37,913 nucleotides of DNA from an uncultured virus (IMG/VR IMGVR_UViG_3300047548_000491) (lineage: Duplodnaviria > Heunggongvirae > Uroviricota > Caudoviricetes): positions 62,001 to 99,913 of IMG/VR virus record IMGVR_UViG_3300047548_000491. One strand, given 5' to 3'. Of this stretch, positions 18,460 to 27,557 are shown in pieces. Positions within the stretch are counted from its first letter, which is position 1; each line of letters starts with the position of its first letter. Position numbers and translations under genes: made by a program. Below the pieces are notes generated by a model. It searched no databases. It was given only the letters and a program-made list of their open reading frames with translations, and had not been told where the DNA came from.

Positions 18460-19383
18460 ATGAAGAATCAACTTTGGGTAGAGAAATACAGACCGCAATC
18501 AGTAAAAGAGTACGTCTTTGTAAATGACAGTCAAAAGCAACAAGTAGAAGGCTGGATTAAAAACGAATCTATTCCTCACTTGTTGCTCAGTGGTGATCCT
18601 GGTACAGGTAAAACTACACTAGCAAAAGTTCTTATACACGAACTTGGTATTGAAGATTATGATGTACTAGAAATTAACGCAAGTCGTGAAAACTCTGTGG
18701 ATGTAGTCAGAGACAAAATAGTTGGCTTTGTACAAACAATGCCTTTTGGTAAGTTCAAAGTCGTGTTGCTAGACGAGGCTGATTATTTGACTCCGGCAGG
18801 TCAGGCGGCGTTGCGTAATGATATGGAAGCATATCATGCGACTGCTAGATTTATTTTGACTTGTAATTATCAGCATAGAATTATTCCTGCGCTAAAAAGC
18901 AGATGCCACGAGTTTCACATCAGTAAAACAGACAAAACTGAGTTTACAGCTAGAGTAGCTACTGTTTTAGTGACTGAAAATGTAGAATTTGATTTAGATA
19001 CATTGGATAGTTATGTTGGAGCTACTTATCCTGATTTGCGTAAATGTTTGAATCAAGTTCAAGTAAATAGTAGTAGTGGTAAATTATTAGCGTCAGTTAA
19101 TCAAACTAACAGTGAAGATGAACTATTGATTGAAGCAACTAACTGCTTTAAGAGTCAAAAAGTATTTGAGGGAAGGCAATTGTTGTTGCAATATCTAAGT
19201 TTGTATCCTACACGCATCGAAGATGTATACAGATGGATGTATAATAACTTAGACTTGTGGGGTAACACTAATGAAAAACGTGATGCTAGTATTATCATTA
19301 TTAGAAATGGTTTAGCTAATTTGAGTTTAGTGGGTATTCCTGAAATTTCACTAGCAGCCACTCTGATAGAGTTAACCAGTTAA
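18460..19383 (+). CDS. Sliding-clamp loader AAA+ subunit (RFC small / T4 gp44-like)
   Basis: LWVEKYRP, Walker A GDPGTGKT, EINAS, Walker B LLDEADYL, FILTCN, SRC motif (LKSRC), PDLRK. Confidence 0.93.
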   Translation: MKNQLWVEKYRPQSVKEYVFVNDSQKQQVEGWIKNESIPHLLLSGDPGTGKTTLAKVLIHELGIEDYDVLEINASRENSVDVVRDKIVGFVQTMPFGKFKVVLLDEADYLTPAGQAALRNDMEAYHATARFILTCNYQHRIIPALKSRCHEFHISKTDKTEFTARVATVLVTENVEFDLDTLDSYVGATYPDLRKCLNQVQVNSSSGKLLASVNQTNSEDELLIEATNCFKSQKVFEGRQLLLQYLSLYPTRIEDVYRWMYNNLDLWGNTNEKRDASIIIIRNGLANLSLVGIPEISLAATLIELTS

Positions 19384-19391
19384 GGATTATT

Positions 19392-19646
19392 ATGAGATAC
19401 ATGTTAATTACATATTATAAAAAAGCCGGTGGTCAGATTGACGAACAGGTTGAAATTTCTAGAAATTTAAAACCTAAGGATCATTCTACTTGTAATGTTA
19501 TTATGGACTTCAAAGAAAAGAAAGTCGAAAAATGCGTGATTGAAGGACAAACACTAACAAAAGAGTGGAACCAACTACGTGATTATTACTTTAAAGTATA
19601 TCCTGATGTAGTTGAAAAAATAGAAAAACTTATGAACGAGAGCTAA
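19392..19646 (+). CDS. Hypothetical protein (84 aa)
   Basis: AAGGA RBS; ends at a terminator. Confidence 0.75.
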   Translation: MRYMLITYYKKAGGQIDEQVEISRNLKPKDHSTCNVIMDFKEKKVEKCVIEGQTLTKEWNQLRDYYFKVYPDVVEKIEKLMNES

Positions 19647-19670
19647 AAAGGGGCGTTAAGCCCCTTTTTT
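19645..19670. terminator. Bidirectional terminator between convergent genes
   Basis: AAAAAGGGGC-GTTAA-GCCCCTTTTTT; A/T tracts on both sides. Confidence 0.88.
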
Positions 19671-20460
19671 ATGAGTATAATTTTAAAACGTGCTCAATAA
19701 TTTTATGCCGTTGAACATCTTGCAGTTCAAACTCGCATAACTGCAACCCTGGAATCACCCCCTTTCTCAATCGATTTTGTAAGTCTAGTAGCCCATTGTC
19801 GGCTGTTTTTCTATCGGCTTGCTCAATGTCACCAGTAATTACAATCTTACTGCCAACGCCGATCCTAGTCATAATCATTTTGAGTTGACCAGGGGTTGCA
19901 TTTTGAGATTCGTCTAATATTATATAACTATTTTTAAAGTTTCGACCTCGGCAAAATGCTAGGGGTGCAATTTCCACTATTTGTTCGTCTAGCATGCGGG
20001 TGATTTCACGCATTGTATAATATTCACGTAACACATCTAACAACGGTCTTGTCCAGGGTTCCATCTTTTGATTTAAGTCACCGGGTAAGAAACCGTGTTC
20101 TTCTTCCTCTACACCTACTGCAGGTCTTGATAAGATGATCCTATCAACTTCACCTTCTTTTAGTGCTTTGATGGCTGCTTGCATAGCTAGATAAGTCTTG
20201 CCTGTTCCAGCAGGACCGCTAACTACTACAATATCAGTATCAGCATCAGTTAATGCGGAGATATATTTTTTTTGATTAATTGTCTTTGCGCTTAAATTAA
20301 CCGGTCTAGAGTTAGATTTAGTGCGACTATGATCAAAATTAATAGTTTTTGATTCTTTCGTGTAAAATGTGGGTGTGTCTTCGTAATTGTATTTGTCGGT
20401 TTGTGTGTATCGTGTGTCTATTTGTTGTTTGCGTAAAGCGCCTGTTTTTCTCTTTCCCAA
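19669..20460 (-). CDS. phoH: PhoH-like ATPase
   Basis: GPAGTGKT, RIILSRPAV, GFLPGDL, APLAFCRGRNF, ILDESQNAT, TRIG and GDIEQAD; TTG start with AGGAG RBS at 20471-20467 (minus strand). Confidence 0.95.
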   Translation of the reverse strand: MGKRKTGALRKQQIDTRYTQTDKYNYEDTPTFYTKESKTINFDHSRTKSNSRPVNLSAKTINQKKYISALTDADTDIVVVSGPAGTGKTYLAMQAAIKALKEGEVDRIILSRPAVGVEEEEHGFLPGDLNQKMEPWTRPLLDVLREYYTMREITRMLDEQIVEIAPLAFCRGRNFKNSYIILDESQNATPGQLKMIMTRIGVGSKIVITGDIEQADRKTADNGLLDLQNRLRKGVIPGLQLCEFELQDVQRHKIIEHVLKLYS

Positions 20461-20618
20461 AATATACTCCTTTTATTGTGAAAGCCGAGTTCTCATAACA
20501 CTCAGAGATATTTAAAACCTCATAACAAGCCTAAACTAGTAGAGTTTTAACGCATTTTTTAATGATAAATATTAGGCTAAGGGTTTTGTTCAAAGCATTT
20601 ACGTATTCATACATATTT

Positions 20619-20626
20619 GATAAATA
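20619..20626 (+). promoter_or_regulatory. Putative late promoter GATAAATA (second copy at 20564-20571)
   Basis: Motif 7 nt before ATG at 20634. Confidence 0.6.
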
Positions 20627-20633
20627 CAATACT

Positions 20634-21242
20634 ATGAGCAAACTAAAAGCCGACGACTTTTTTAACAATATTGATTTCCCTAGCATTGTTGATACTATCA
20701 AGGGTGTGTATTCCAGTGACGGCGCAATGAGCGCATTATTGGACTTCGAGCGAGTTCTTGACGAAAGTGATCTATACGCATACAAGAATTGGGACTTAGG
20801 GGAATTAGTATCCGGTCCTGATGTGAAACGCTACACTGTTTCTTGCATGTTTATGTACCCACTAAAATTAATGCCTGATCCAAGAGGTGCATTAAGATTA
20901 CTAGGAGTAGGGTGCAATCTACAATTTAAGAAAACTAAAATAAAAGTACCGGTTGCTATTAAAGATCCAGGGGACTATAAAGCGGGAACCCACTTTCCGA
21001 AAATGACGGAAAAAGAAATCTGGTTAGTAAGAATTGAAATCCCCAAAACTCTAATGGATGATATTCGTGAAGGATCTATTGATTTAGCAGGTCAAAGCAT
21101 TGACTTAGAAGAATTAGATAATGCATATGAGGAAGATTTAGATAAAGAATCTGCACAAGGACAAGAAGACCAGGCGCAACAGCCTCAAGGAATGCAGCCA
21201 GCCCCAGCAGCCGGCACCCCACCAGCATTGCCAGGATTATAA
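20634..21242 (+). CDS. Hypothetical phage protein (202 aa) with acidic, Gln/Pro-rich tail
   Basis: Start reassigned to ATG 20634 (MSKLKADDFF); globular core LLDFERVLDE..YKNW..MPDPRG. Confidence 0.75.
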   Translation: MSKLKADDFFNNIDFPSIVDTIKGVYSSDGAMSALLDFERVLDESDLYAYKNWDLGELVSGPDVKRYTVSCMFMYPLKLMPDPRGALRLLGVGCNLQFKKTKIKVPVAIKDPGDYKAGTHFPKMTEKEIWLVRIEIPKTLMDDIREGSIDLAGQSIDLEELDNAYEEDLDKESAQGQEDQAQQPQGMQPAPAAGTPPALPGL

Positions 21243-21243
21243 T

Positions 21244-21816
21244 ATGAAACAGATACTAGTTGAAGGTTTTGACTATCACGATTTAGTAGGTCAAATTTTC
21301 CCAGAAATATCAGTAGATGAGTATTCTGCAAAAATGGGATCAGATGACAACATTGTCACACTTGCATTTACTGTTAAAGGTAAAGCCGTAGGTGAAGATT
21401 TGTCTGATTGGTTTGAACGCGGTTATATATGGGTATTAGATGCACAAGTGAGTGAGGGAGAAATCACTCCGGGAAAATACTTAGTGTTCGTTGAAATTGA
21501 TAGAAGAATGGCTGTACCTGAAAGAATTGTTCAGCTTATAGAAGATTTAGAAACATTGACAGACATGCCTCTTTCTGAATGGACTATTGAGGTAGATGAT
21601 GAAAAACACAAAAATCCAACAGTTGAAGTGTTGAAATCAAAAATAATTTTGAGTCCTCATCAGTATAGAGAAAAGTACGGTACAGAAGAAGAACAAGAAA
21701 AAAAAGATGACAATAAGATTGATGAAATGAAAAATCTATCAGGATTAGATCCTAGCAAAAAGTTTAAAGAACCTGATAGTTTATTAAAAGATTTTATTGC
21801 AAAAGCAGGACTATAA
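21244..21816 (+). CDS. Hypothetical protein with leader MKQILVE, possible head component
   Basis: Short leader ending L-V-E; C-terminal MKNLSGL resembles the WKKLSGL end of the 6322 protein. Confidence 0.65.
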   Translation: MKQILVEGFDYHDLVGQIFPEISVDEYSAKMGSDDNIVTLAFTVKGKAVGEDLSDWFERGYIWVLDAQVSEGEITPGKYLVFVEIDRRMAVPERIVQLIEDLETLTDMPLSEWTIEVDDEKHKNPTVEVLKSKIILSPHQYREKYGTEEEQEKKDDNKIDEMKNLSGLDPSKKFKEPDSLLKDFIAKAGL

Positions 21817-21826
21817 GGAGAAAAAG

Positions 21827-22414
21827 ATGCCACAAACTTTACTAGCTAGAAAATCAGGTTCACAAGATATGGCAATTGCCACAGATGATGAAGCACATCA
21901 ACAACTAGCAACAGATCCTTCTATTCCACAATTTCCTGAAAGTAATAGTTTTGGAGCATCAAATGGATTCAATGTATCATCAAGCAACACTTCAGCATTT
22001 GGCTCTTCTCCGTCAGCAGGATTCGGCTCCTCACCCAGCTATTCCGCACCATCAAGTAGCATTGGCGGAAGCATGTCTGGAAGCGTACCTCAACCAAATC
22101 TCACCCAAGCAGGTTCAAATGCCGCCCAGGGTGCAGACGTATTAGTTCAGCACGATAAAGAAAGTTCAGACTGGATAAACAAAAAATGGCGTCCTGCAAT
22201 GGGATGGATGTACATGTTAACATGTACTGTTGACTTTGTTGTATTCCCAGTTTTATGGTCGCTATTGCAGGCATTGAGTAAAGGTTCCGTCACAAGTCAG
22301 TGGCAACCACTTACATTGCAAGGTGCAGGATTGTATCATATTGCAATGGGTGCTGTATTAGGTATCGCAGCATACGGTCGAACAAAAGAAAAACTCGAAG
22401 GCGCTGCAAAATAA
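21827..22414 (+). CDS. Holin-like membrane protein (GTA 3TM-holin type) with long Ser-rich N-terminus
   Basis: WINKKWRPAMGW, hydrophobic segments, and LGIAAYGRTKEK; start ATG 21827 after AAGGAG. Confidence 0.75.
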   Translation: MPQTLLARKSGSQDMAIATDDEAHQQLATDPSIPQFPESNSFGASNGFNVSSSNTSAFGSSPSAGFGSSPSYSAPSSSIGGSMSGSVPQPNLTQAGSNAAQGADVLVQHDKESSDWINKKWRPAMGWMYMLTCTVDFVVFPVLWSLLQALSKGSVTSQWQPLTLQGAGLYHIAMGAVLGIAAYGRTKEKLEGAAK

Positions 22415-22417
22415 ATA

Positions 22418-22446
22418 TTGACACTTGCACAATAATGTGCTAACAT
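22418..22446 (+). promoter_or_regulatory. Near-consensus sigma70 promoter with extended -10 driving dnaJ-clpA
   Basis: TTGACA (22418-22423), 17-nt spacer ending TGc, TAACAT (22441-22446); ATG 6 nt later. Confidence 0.8.
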
Positions 22447-22452
22447 CAATAT

Positions 22453-23235
22453 ATGACCGATTATTACCAAACTTTGGGTGTAGCGAAAAATGCTACACCG
22501 CAAGACATTAAAAAGGCATACCGTCGTTTAGCAGGAATACACCATCCAGACAAAGGCGGTGACACTTCCAAGTTCCAAGAAATCCAAACAGCATATGAAA
22601 CGTTGAGCGATCCAAAAAAGAGACAAGAGTACGACAACCCTAGTTCGTTTGGTCCTTTCAATGATCGGCACGGGTTCCATTTTAACTTTAATGGGTTTAA
22701 CATTAATGATCTTTTCGGAGCAGCGTTTAGTCAAGGATTCAGACAACCTCAAATGCCTAGTTACCGCACGACTGTACTGGTTACTTTAGAACAAGCATAT
22801 TCGGGTTCAGAACAAACATTGCAATTCAATGCAGATGGGCAGCGACAAGTCGTAAAAATTCAAGTACCCAAAGGTGTCACTGATGGACAAACATTAAGGT
22901 ATGAAAATCTTATTAAAAATGCTATCTTACTAGTTGAATTTAGAATTCAGCCGCACCCTACATTCGAGCGTGACGGTTCTAATTTATATAGCATTCAAGA
23001 TATCGATGTTTTGGATTTGATAATCGGAACTGAAATTAGATTTACTGCTATTTCGGGCAAAGTATTAACTGTAAAAGTGCCACCTAAAACACAGCCCGGT
23101 GCTAAGCTACGAATTCAAAATGAGGGGATGCCAGTTAATAATGGTTTCGGAGACCAATATATCTTGCTAAAACCGTTCATACCTGATAAAATAGACAATC
23201 GAATTATTGATAGCATTTTGCAATCAAGAGCCTGA
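22453..23235 (+). CDS. dnaJ: DnaJ/CbpA-type co-chaperone (J domain plus C-terminal domain, no Zn finger)
   Basis: DYYQTLGV, IKKAYRRLA..HHPDK, AYETLSDPKKRQEYD; G/F-rich linker; HPTFERDGSNL and VPPKTQPG..LRI..EGMP. Confidence 0.92.
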   Translation: MTDYYQTLGVAKNATPQDIKKAYRRLAGIHHPDKGGDTSKFQEIQTAYETLSDPKKRQEYDNPSSFGPFNDRHGFHFNFNGFNINDLFGAAFSQGFRQPQMPSYRTTVLVTLEQAYSGSEQTLQFNADGQRQVVKIQVPKGVTDGQTLRYENLIKNAILLVEFRIQPHPTFERDGSNLYSIQDIDVLDLIIGTEIRFTAISGKVLTVKVPPKTQPGAKLRIQNEGMPVNNGFGDQYILLKPFIPDKIDNRIIDSILQSRA

Positions 23236-23260
23236 GTGAGACATTATTTAAAGGAAGTTT

Positions 23261-25534
23261 ATGAATTCACCCGAAATTGAAGTAATTATTGAGCAAGCAT
23301 TAAATTTGGCTAAAGAGAGGTCACACAAGTATTGTACACTTGAACATTTATTGCTTGCACTGATTACTCATCAGCCCTTTAAAAAGTGCTTAGATAGTTT
23401 TGGTGCAGATGTTGAAACACTAACCAAAGAAGTTACTCATTATATTGACACACTACATGCCATTGTAGTTGATGTTAGTAACGGAGAAGAAGTGCATCCT
23501 CGCAAAACTAATTCTCTCGAAAGAGTCATGAACCGAAGCATTACACAAGTATTGTTTACTGGTCGTAAAATGGTAACTACTATTGATTTGTATCTGAGTA
23601 TTTCTAGCGAAACCAACAGTCATGCACATTATTACTTGCTGAAATATGGTATCACAAAGCAAGAATTTGTAGCACACTGGCAAAAGAATTATAAAAATCA
23701 GGATGCAGAAACTAAACTTACTGATTCGCAAGCATCTGAAATTCTCGAAGAATACACAGTTAATCTTAGCGAACTTGCACGTAACCATAAACTAGAACCG
23801 CTTGTGGGTCGTAGTGAAGAACTGGACGACATTATAAATGTGCTAGCTAAGAGATTCAAATCAAACGTACTAATGGTGGGGGATCCAGGTGTAGGCAAGA
23901 CCGCTATCGTAGAGGGACTAGCACAGCGTATTGCTGATGGTAAAGTACCTGAGTTTCTTAAGGACCATGAAGTATATTCAGTAGAAGTAGGTAACTTGCT
24001 TGCAGGTTCAAAGTATCGTGGAGATTTCGAAGAAAAGATCAAAGTAATCATTGAAGCACTGATTACAAAGAAAAAGGCTGTGTTGTTTATCGATGAAGCA
24101 CATACTATGAAAGGTAGCGGGTCTTCAAATAACGGCAGTGTTGACTTTGCTAATATGATTAAGCCTGCAATCACAAAGGGTAATTTGAAAGTTATCGCAA
24201 GCACTACATGGGAAGAATTCTATGAGTCCTTCGAAAAGGATCGTGCATTGATGCGTAGATTCTATCGTGTGGGTGTAGATGAACCTGATCGTGATTCTAC
24301 GGTTCGCATTTTGACAGGGTTAAGTACTCGGTTGAATGACTTCCATGATGTGGATATTTCTCCTGACGCTATCACTGCGGCAGTAGATAGCGCAATTAGG
24401 TATTTGCATGACCGTAAAAACCCTGATAAGTCTATCGACTTGCTAGACGCCGCATGTGCAAAACAGCGTGTAGCTGATAACAAGGGTGCAGTCATTACTA
24501 AAGAAATGGTGTATGACCAAGTTGAACGTATTGCAGGAGTTCCAGCAGATAAACTCAAGGATCAAACAGTTGATAAGATTCAACTATTGGAATCTAATAT
24601 CAAAGATAAATTGTATGGGCAAGAAGATACGGTAGATAAAGTTTTGGAACGTATTTATGTTAGCTTTGCTGGCATCGGAAATCAAAGTAAACCTATTGCA
24701 AGTTTCTTATTCTTGGGCCCTACTGGTACTGGTAAAACAGAATTGGCTAGACTGTTAAGTAAGAACCTAGATATGCCGCTAATCAAATATGACATGTCTG
24801 AATATTCTGAGAAATTCAACGTTAGTGCTTTGCTAGGTGCACCTCCCGGATATGTTGGGTTTGGAGAAGGTAGTCTTGGTGGCGGCAAACTAATTAACGA
24901 CTTGAGTAAAAATCCGCACTCTATCTTGTTGTTTGATGAAGTAGAAAAAGCACACCCTGATATCTTTAATATTTTCTTGCAATTGCTTGACGACGGTAAA
25001 GTTACTGGTACTAATGGTAAGTCAGTAAATGCAAAGAACTGTATTGTTATTATGACTAGTAACTTGGGAAGTCAAGATGCAGAAAGAAACAATATTGGCT
25101 TTGGCAGTCAAGAAAAATCAGGTGAAGATGATAAAGCCTTGAAGGACTTCTTCAAGCCTGAATTCAGAAATCGTATTGACTTGATTTGTAAATTCGGTAA
25201 ACTTGATATGCTAGCAATCAAGAAAATTGTCATTAAATTTACTGATGATTTGAAGAAGTCATTGAAAGATACCCATGATATTACTCTTAATTTGCGTGAA
25301 TCAGTTGTTGAATATCTCGCTGAAAAGGGTTATGATAAGAAGATGGGTGCAAGACCACTGGCTCGAAAGATCGATGAATTGATTAGGGTTCCATTGTCAA
25401 AGAAGATTCTTTTTGAACGTATTAAAAACGCAACTATTAACGTTAGCGTCGGGGATGATGACAAGATTGAATTCGAAATTCAACAAAAATTAACTGCTAC
25501 GGTGAATGAAGATGGGATTATTGAAGTCAGTTGA
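23261..25534 (+). CDS. clpA: ClpA-type Hsp100 ATPase
   Basis: N-domain EHLLLAL; NBD1 GDPGVGKT/FIDEAH; NBD2 GPTGTGKT/LFDEVEKAHPD; IGF ClpP-binding loop; MGARPL; 757 aa without a ClpB M-domain. Confidence 0.92.
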   Translation: MNSPEIEVIIEQALNLAKERSHKYCTLEHLLLALITHQPFKKCLDSFGADVETLTKEVTHYIDTLHAIVVDVSNGEEVHPRKTNSLERVMNRSITQVLFTGRKMVTTIDLYLSISSETNSHAHYYLLKYGITKQEFVAHWQKNYKNQDAETKLTDSQASEILEEYTVNLSELARNHKLEPLVGRSEELDDIINVLAKRFKSNVLMVGDPGVGKTAIVEGLAQRIADGKVPEFLKDHEVYSVEVGNLLAGSKYRGDFEEKIKVIIEALITKKKAVLFIDEAHTMKGSGSSNNGSVDFANMIKPAITKGNLKVIASTTWEEFYESFEKDRALMRRFYRVGVDEPDRDSTVRILTGLSTRLNDFHDVDISPDAITAAVDSAIRYLHDRKNPDKSIDLLDAACAKQRVADNKGAVITKEMVYDQVERIAGVPADKLKDQTVDKIQLLESNIKDKLYGQEDTVDKVLERIYVSFAGIGNQSKPIASFLFLGPTGTGKTELARLLSKNLDMPLIKYDMSEYSEKFNVSALLGAPPGYVGFGEGSLGGGKLINDLSKNPHSILLFDEVEKAHPDIFNIFLQLLDDGKVTGTNGKSVNAKNCIVIMTSNLGSQDAERNNIGFGSQEKSGEDDKALKDFFKPEFRNRIDLICKFGKLDMLAIKKIVIKFTDDLKKSLKDTHDITLNLRESVVEYLAEKGYDKKMGARPLARKIDELIRVPLSKKILFERIKNATINVSVGDDDKIEFEIQQKLTATVNEDGIIEVS

Positions 25535-26234
25535 TGATGTTCCTGGTATTAATTATTACGAATACCGTGATAATTTATACTACAACAATTATGAATATCG
25601 TTTGAGGGCAACAATACCGTGTATTAAATATACTTGGTATTGTAAGAATCCCGAAGAACTGGATAAAAAAATTGAGGGCAAATTCAATAGATATGGCAAT
25701 GTTCGTAAAGAAGATAAGCAAGATGTTATTGATAACTTACCGGCTTTAAAGTTTATAGTCAAATTACAAAAAGAAAAAAAGAAAAAGCAAATTGGTATTC
25801 GTATTGAAAGTGAAACAATTGCGGTTTTTTCTAATGATATAGCTATTCTAAAAGATATTGCTACGGAATTAGGAACTCGATATAAATGTAACTACACTCA
25901 GGTAAAAACAAGTCAATATGCTGGTATCAAACATTTTGTAAATGATCCTCCCCATAAATACCGTGTATATTTGAAGTCAAAGCGAGTAGAAGATAACTTT
26001 CACATTGAATTTCGTAAAATGTGTGAAAGGCAACCAGGACTACACCCTAGTCCTGCTCTTAAAAGATGGTTGTACAACGACGGAAAACGCTATGGAATCT
26101 GGTATTTCCGTTGGGCTAGTTCAGCACATTTTATTGATTATGACGATGAAAGTACACTCAGTTACCTAGCACTTATGTACGGCGAAATCTTAGGTAAAAA
26201 GTACAAATTAGAAAAGCGTCCTGATAATATCTAA
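25506..26234 (+). CDS. Hypothetical basic, Tyr-rich protein (start may be 25512)
   Basis: 242-aa ORF overlapping the clpA end; no motif recognised. Confidence 0.7.
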   Translation: MKMGLLKSVDDVPGINYYEYRDNLYYNNYEYRLRATIPCIKYTWYCKNPEELDKKIEGKFNRYGNVRKEDKQDVIDNLPALKFIVKLQKEKKKKQIGIRIESETIAVFSNDIAILKDIATELGTRYKCNYTQVKTSQYAGIKHFVNDPPHKYRVYLKSKRVEDNFHIEFRKMCERQPGLHPSPALKRWLYNDGKRYGIWYFRWASSAHFIDYDDESTLSYLALMYGEILGKKYKLEKRPDNI

Positions 26235-26238
26235 AAGT

Positions 26239-26268
26239 GATAAATACTCTATTACTATAGGGTATTTA
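26239..26268 (+). promoter_or_regulatory. Late promoter GATAAATA embedded in a hairpin covering the downstream translation initiation region
   Basis: TAAATACTCTAT-TACT-ATAGGGTATTTA (12-bp stem, one G-U pair), ATG 2 nt after the stem. Confidence 0.65.
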
Positions 26269-26270
26269 CC

Positions 26271-26438
26271 ATGGCAAAGATTGTAGAAGACGTATTAGTC
26301 GTTAAATTCAGCAAAATCGTTAAAGATGCAGACGCAGATAATGGTGGTTTAGTCAATAATGACATTCAAGCAGCATTAGAGCAAGTCGCCCAAGAATTAG
26401 TGGGTGACGGTGTCGTTGTAGAAGTGGAACGAGCATAA
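26271..26438 (+). CDS. Small protein (55 aa) not in the ORF track: MAKIVEDVLVVKFSKIVKDADADNGGLVNNDIQAALEQVAQELVGDGVVVEVERA
   Basis: Manual translation; fills the gap, follows a late promoter, TAATG overlap with next gene. Confidence 0.85.
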   Translation: MAKIVEDVLVVKFSKIVKDADADNGGLVNNDIQAALEQVAQELVGDGVVVEVERA

Positions 26439-26794
26439 TGTCACAAGCCACTACATTAATACTATTACCACAGACTTACTACCAAAATAACAACGTAAAT
26501 GTTGTGGGTGAGAAGGTACAAGCTGCTGCGTATTATTTAGGTAATCAAGATTTACAAACTTTAAGCTGGAGTCTTAATTCGTTTTACGGAGTCATAGACA
26601 TTCAAGCCACACTTGCATCAGACCCAACTGCAAATTCTGATTGGTTCAACGTTCATCAGATTTCAGGCAACAATACTACTACAAATAGTTTTGCAAACTT
26701 AACTGGTAATTATGTTTGGCTAAGAGCGAAAGTTAGTTTTAATAACAGCACCGGAAATCCAGGTGTAATTCAATACGTTAAAGTGAGTTATTAA
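26438..26794 (+). CDS. Beta-rich hypothetical protein, probably structural (118 aa)
   Basis: IDIQATL..DWFNV..GNYVWLRAKV pattern of alternating strands. Confidence 0.65.
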   Translation: MSQATTLILLPQTYYQNNNVNVVGEKVQAAAYYLGNQDLQTLSWSLNSFYGVIDIQATLASDPTANSDWFNVHQISGNNTTTNSFANLTGNYVWLRAKVSFNNSTGNPGVIQYVKVSY

Positions 26795-26795
26795 T

Positions 26796-27557
26796 ATGAA
26801 ATTGTTTGAGGGCGGAAACATTTGGCCTGATGTTGTAACTAATTTTGATCCAGGTGTAGTTGGGAAACCACTCACCGCCGCCACACAAAAATATCTAGAA
26901 CCATTAGGTGCAACAGTTCACACAATAGGTAGCGCATGGAAGCCTAGATTTGATAAAGACGGCAACGTTGTTCCTAGCAATGACTTAGATGCTATGGTCG
27001 ATCTTGCTGAATTACAAAAAGCATTTAACACTACTGATGCTAAAACAACAAGACAAGCATTAGATGATTATCTACAGAAACAAGGTCTAAAGACTTATAA
27101 AGCAGGGGTAACAGTTCACACTAGAATGCCGTTAGGTGGAAAGTTTTATCAAGCTGACTTAAAGGTTGTACCGAACGCAGCCAAAGTTGCACAATTTCAT
27201 AGACACGAAATACCTCAAGGCAGTCAATACAAAGGTGTCAACAAGCAACTTGTAATGAACGCACTTGCTAGCAGTCAACGTATGCTATGGAGTCCCGATG
27301 AAGGATTGTATGCAAGAGATGCTAATGGTAAGAAAGCTGAATTATTAAGTGATGACTGGGATACGATTGCTCAGTATTTACTAGGCAAAGGTGCAACAGG
27401 AAATGATTTAGGCAGTGTTGAATCTATCATGGCAAAGATTCCTGATCCTAAGCGTAGAGAAGAAATAATGAATATGGCACGTTCAGGTCATAGTTGGCAA
27501 GCTGCAACTCCTAATGTGACTGAATGGTTCCGTAGAGCAATGGATATGTTAAAATGA
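26796..27557 (+). CDS. Pol-beta-superfamily nucleotidyltransferase-like protein with leader MKLFE
   Basis: IGS...SNDLDAMVD (GS plus DxD) and third acidic residue in YQADL. Confidence 0.6.
   Translation: MKLFEGGNIWPDVVTNFDPGVVGKPLTAATQKYLEPLGATVHTIGSAWKPRFDKDGNVVPSNDLDAMVDLAELQKAFNTTDAKTTRQALDDYLQKQGLKTYKAGVTVHTRMPLGGKFYQADLKVVPNAAKVAQFHRHEIPQGSQYKGVNKQLVMNALASSQRMLWSPDEGLYARDANGKKAELLSDDWDTIAQYLLGKGATGNDLGSVESIMAKIPDPKRREEIMNMARSGHSWQAATPNVTEWFRRAMDMLK

Noticed and set aside
17091..25534. Bacterial chromosome or prophage flank
   Set aside because: Host-like genes are interleaved with phage-type hypotheticals, a holin and TAAATA motifs at similar composition; no integrase, att site or bacterial operon synteny (no clpS, dnaK, groEL).
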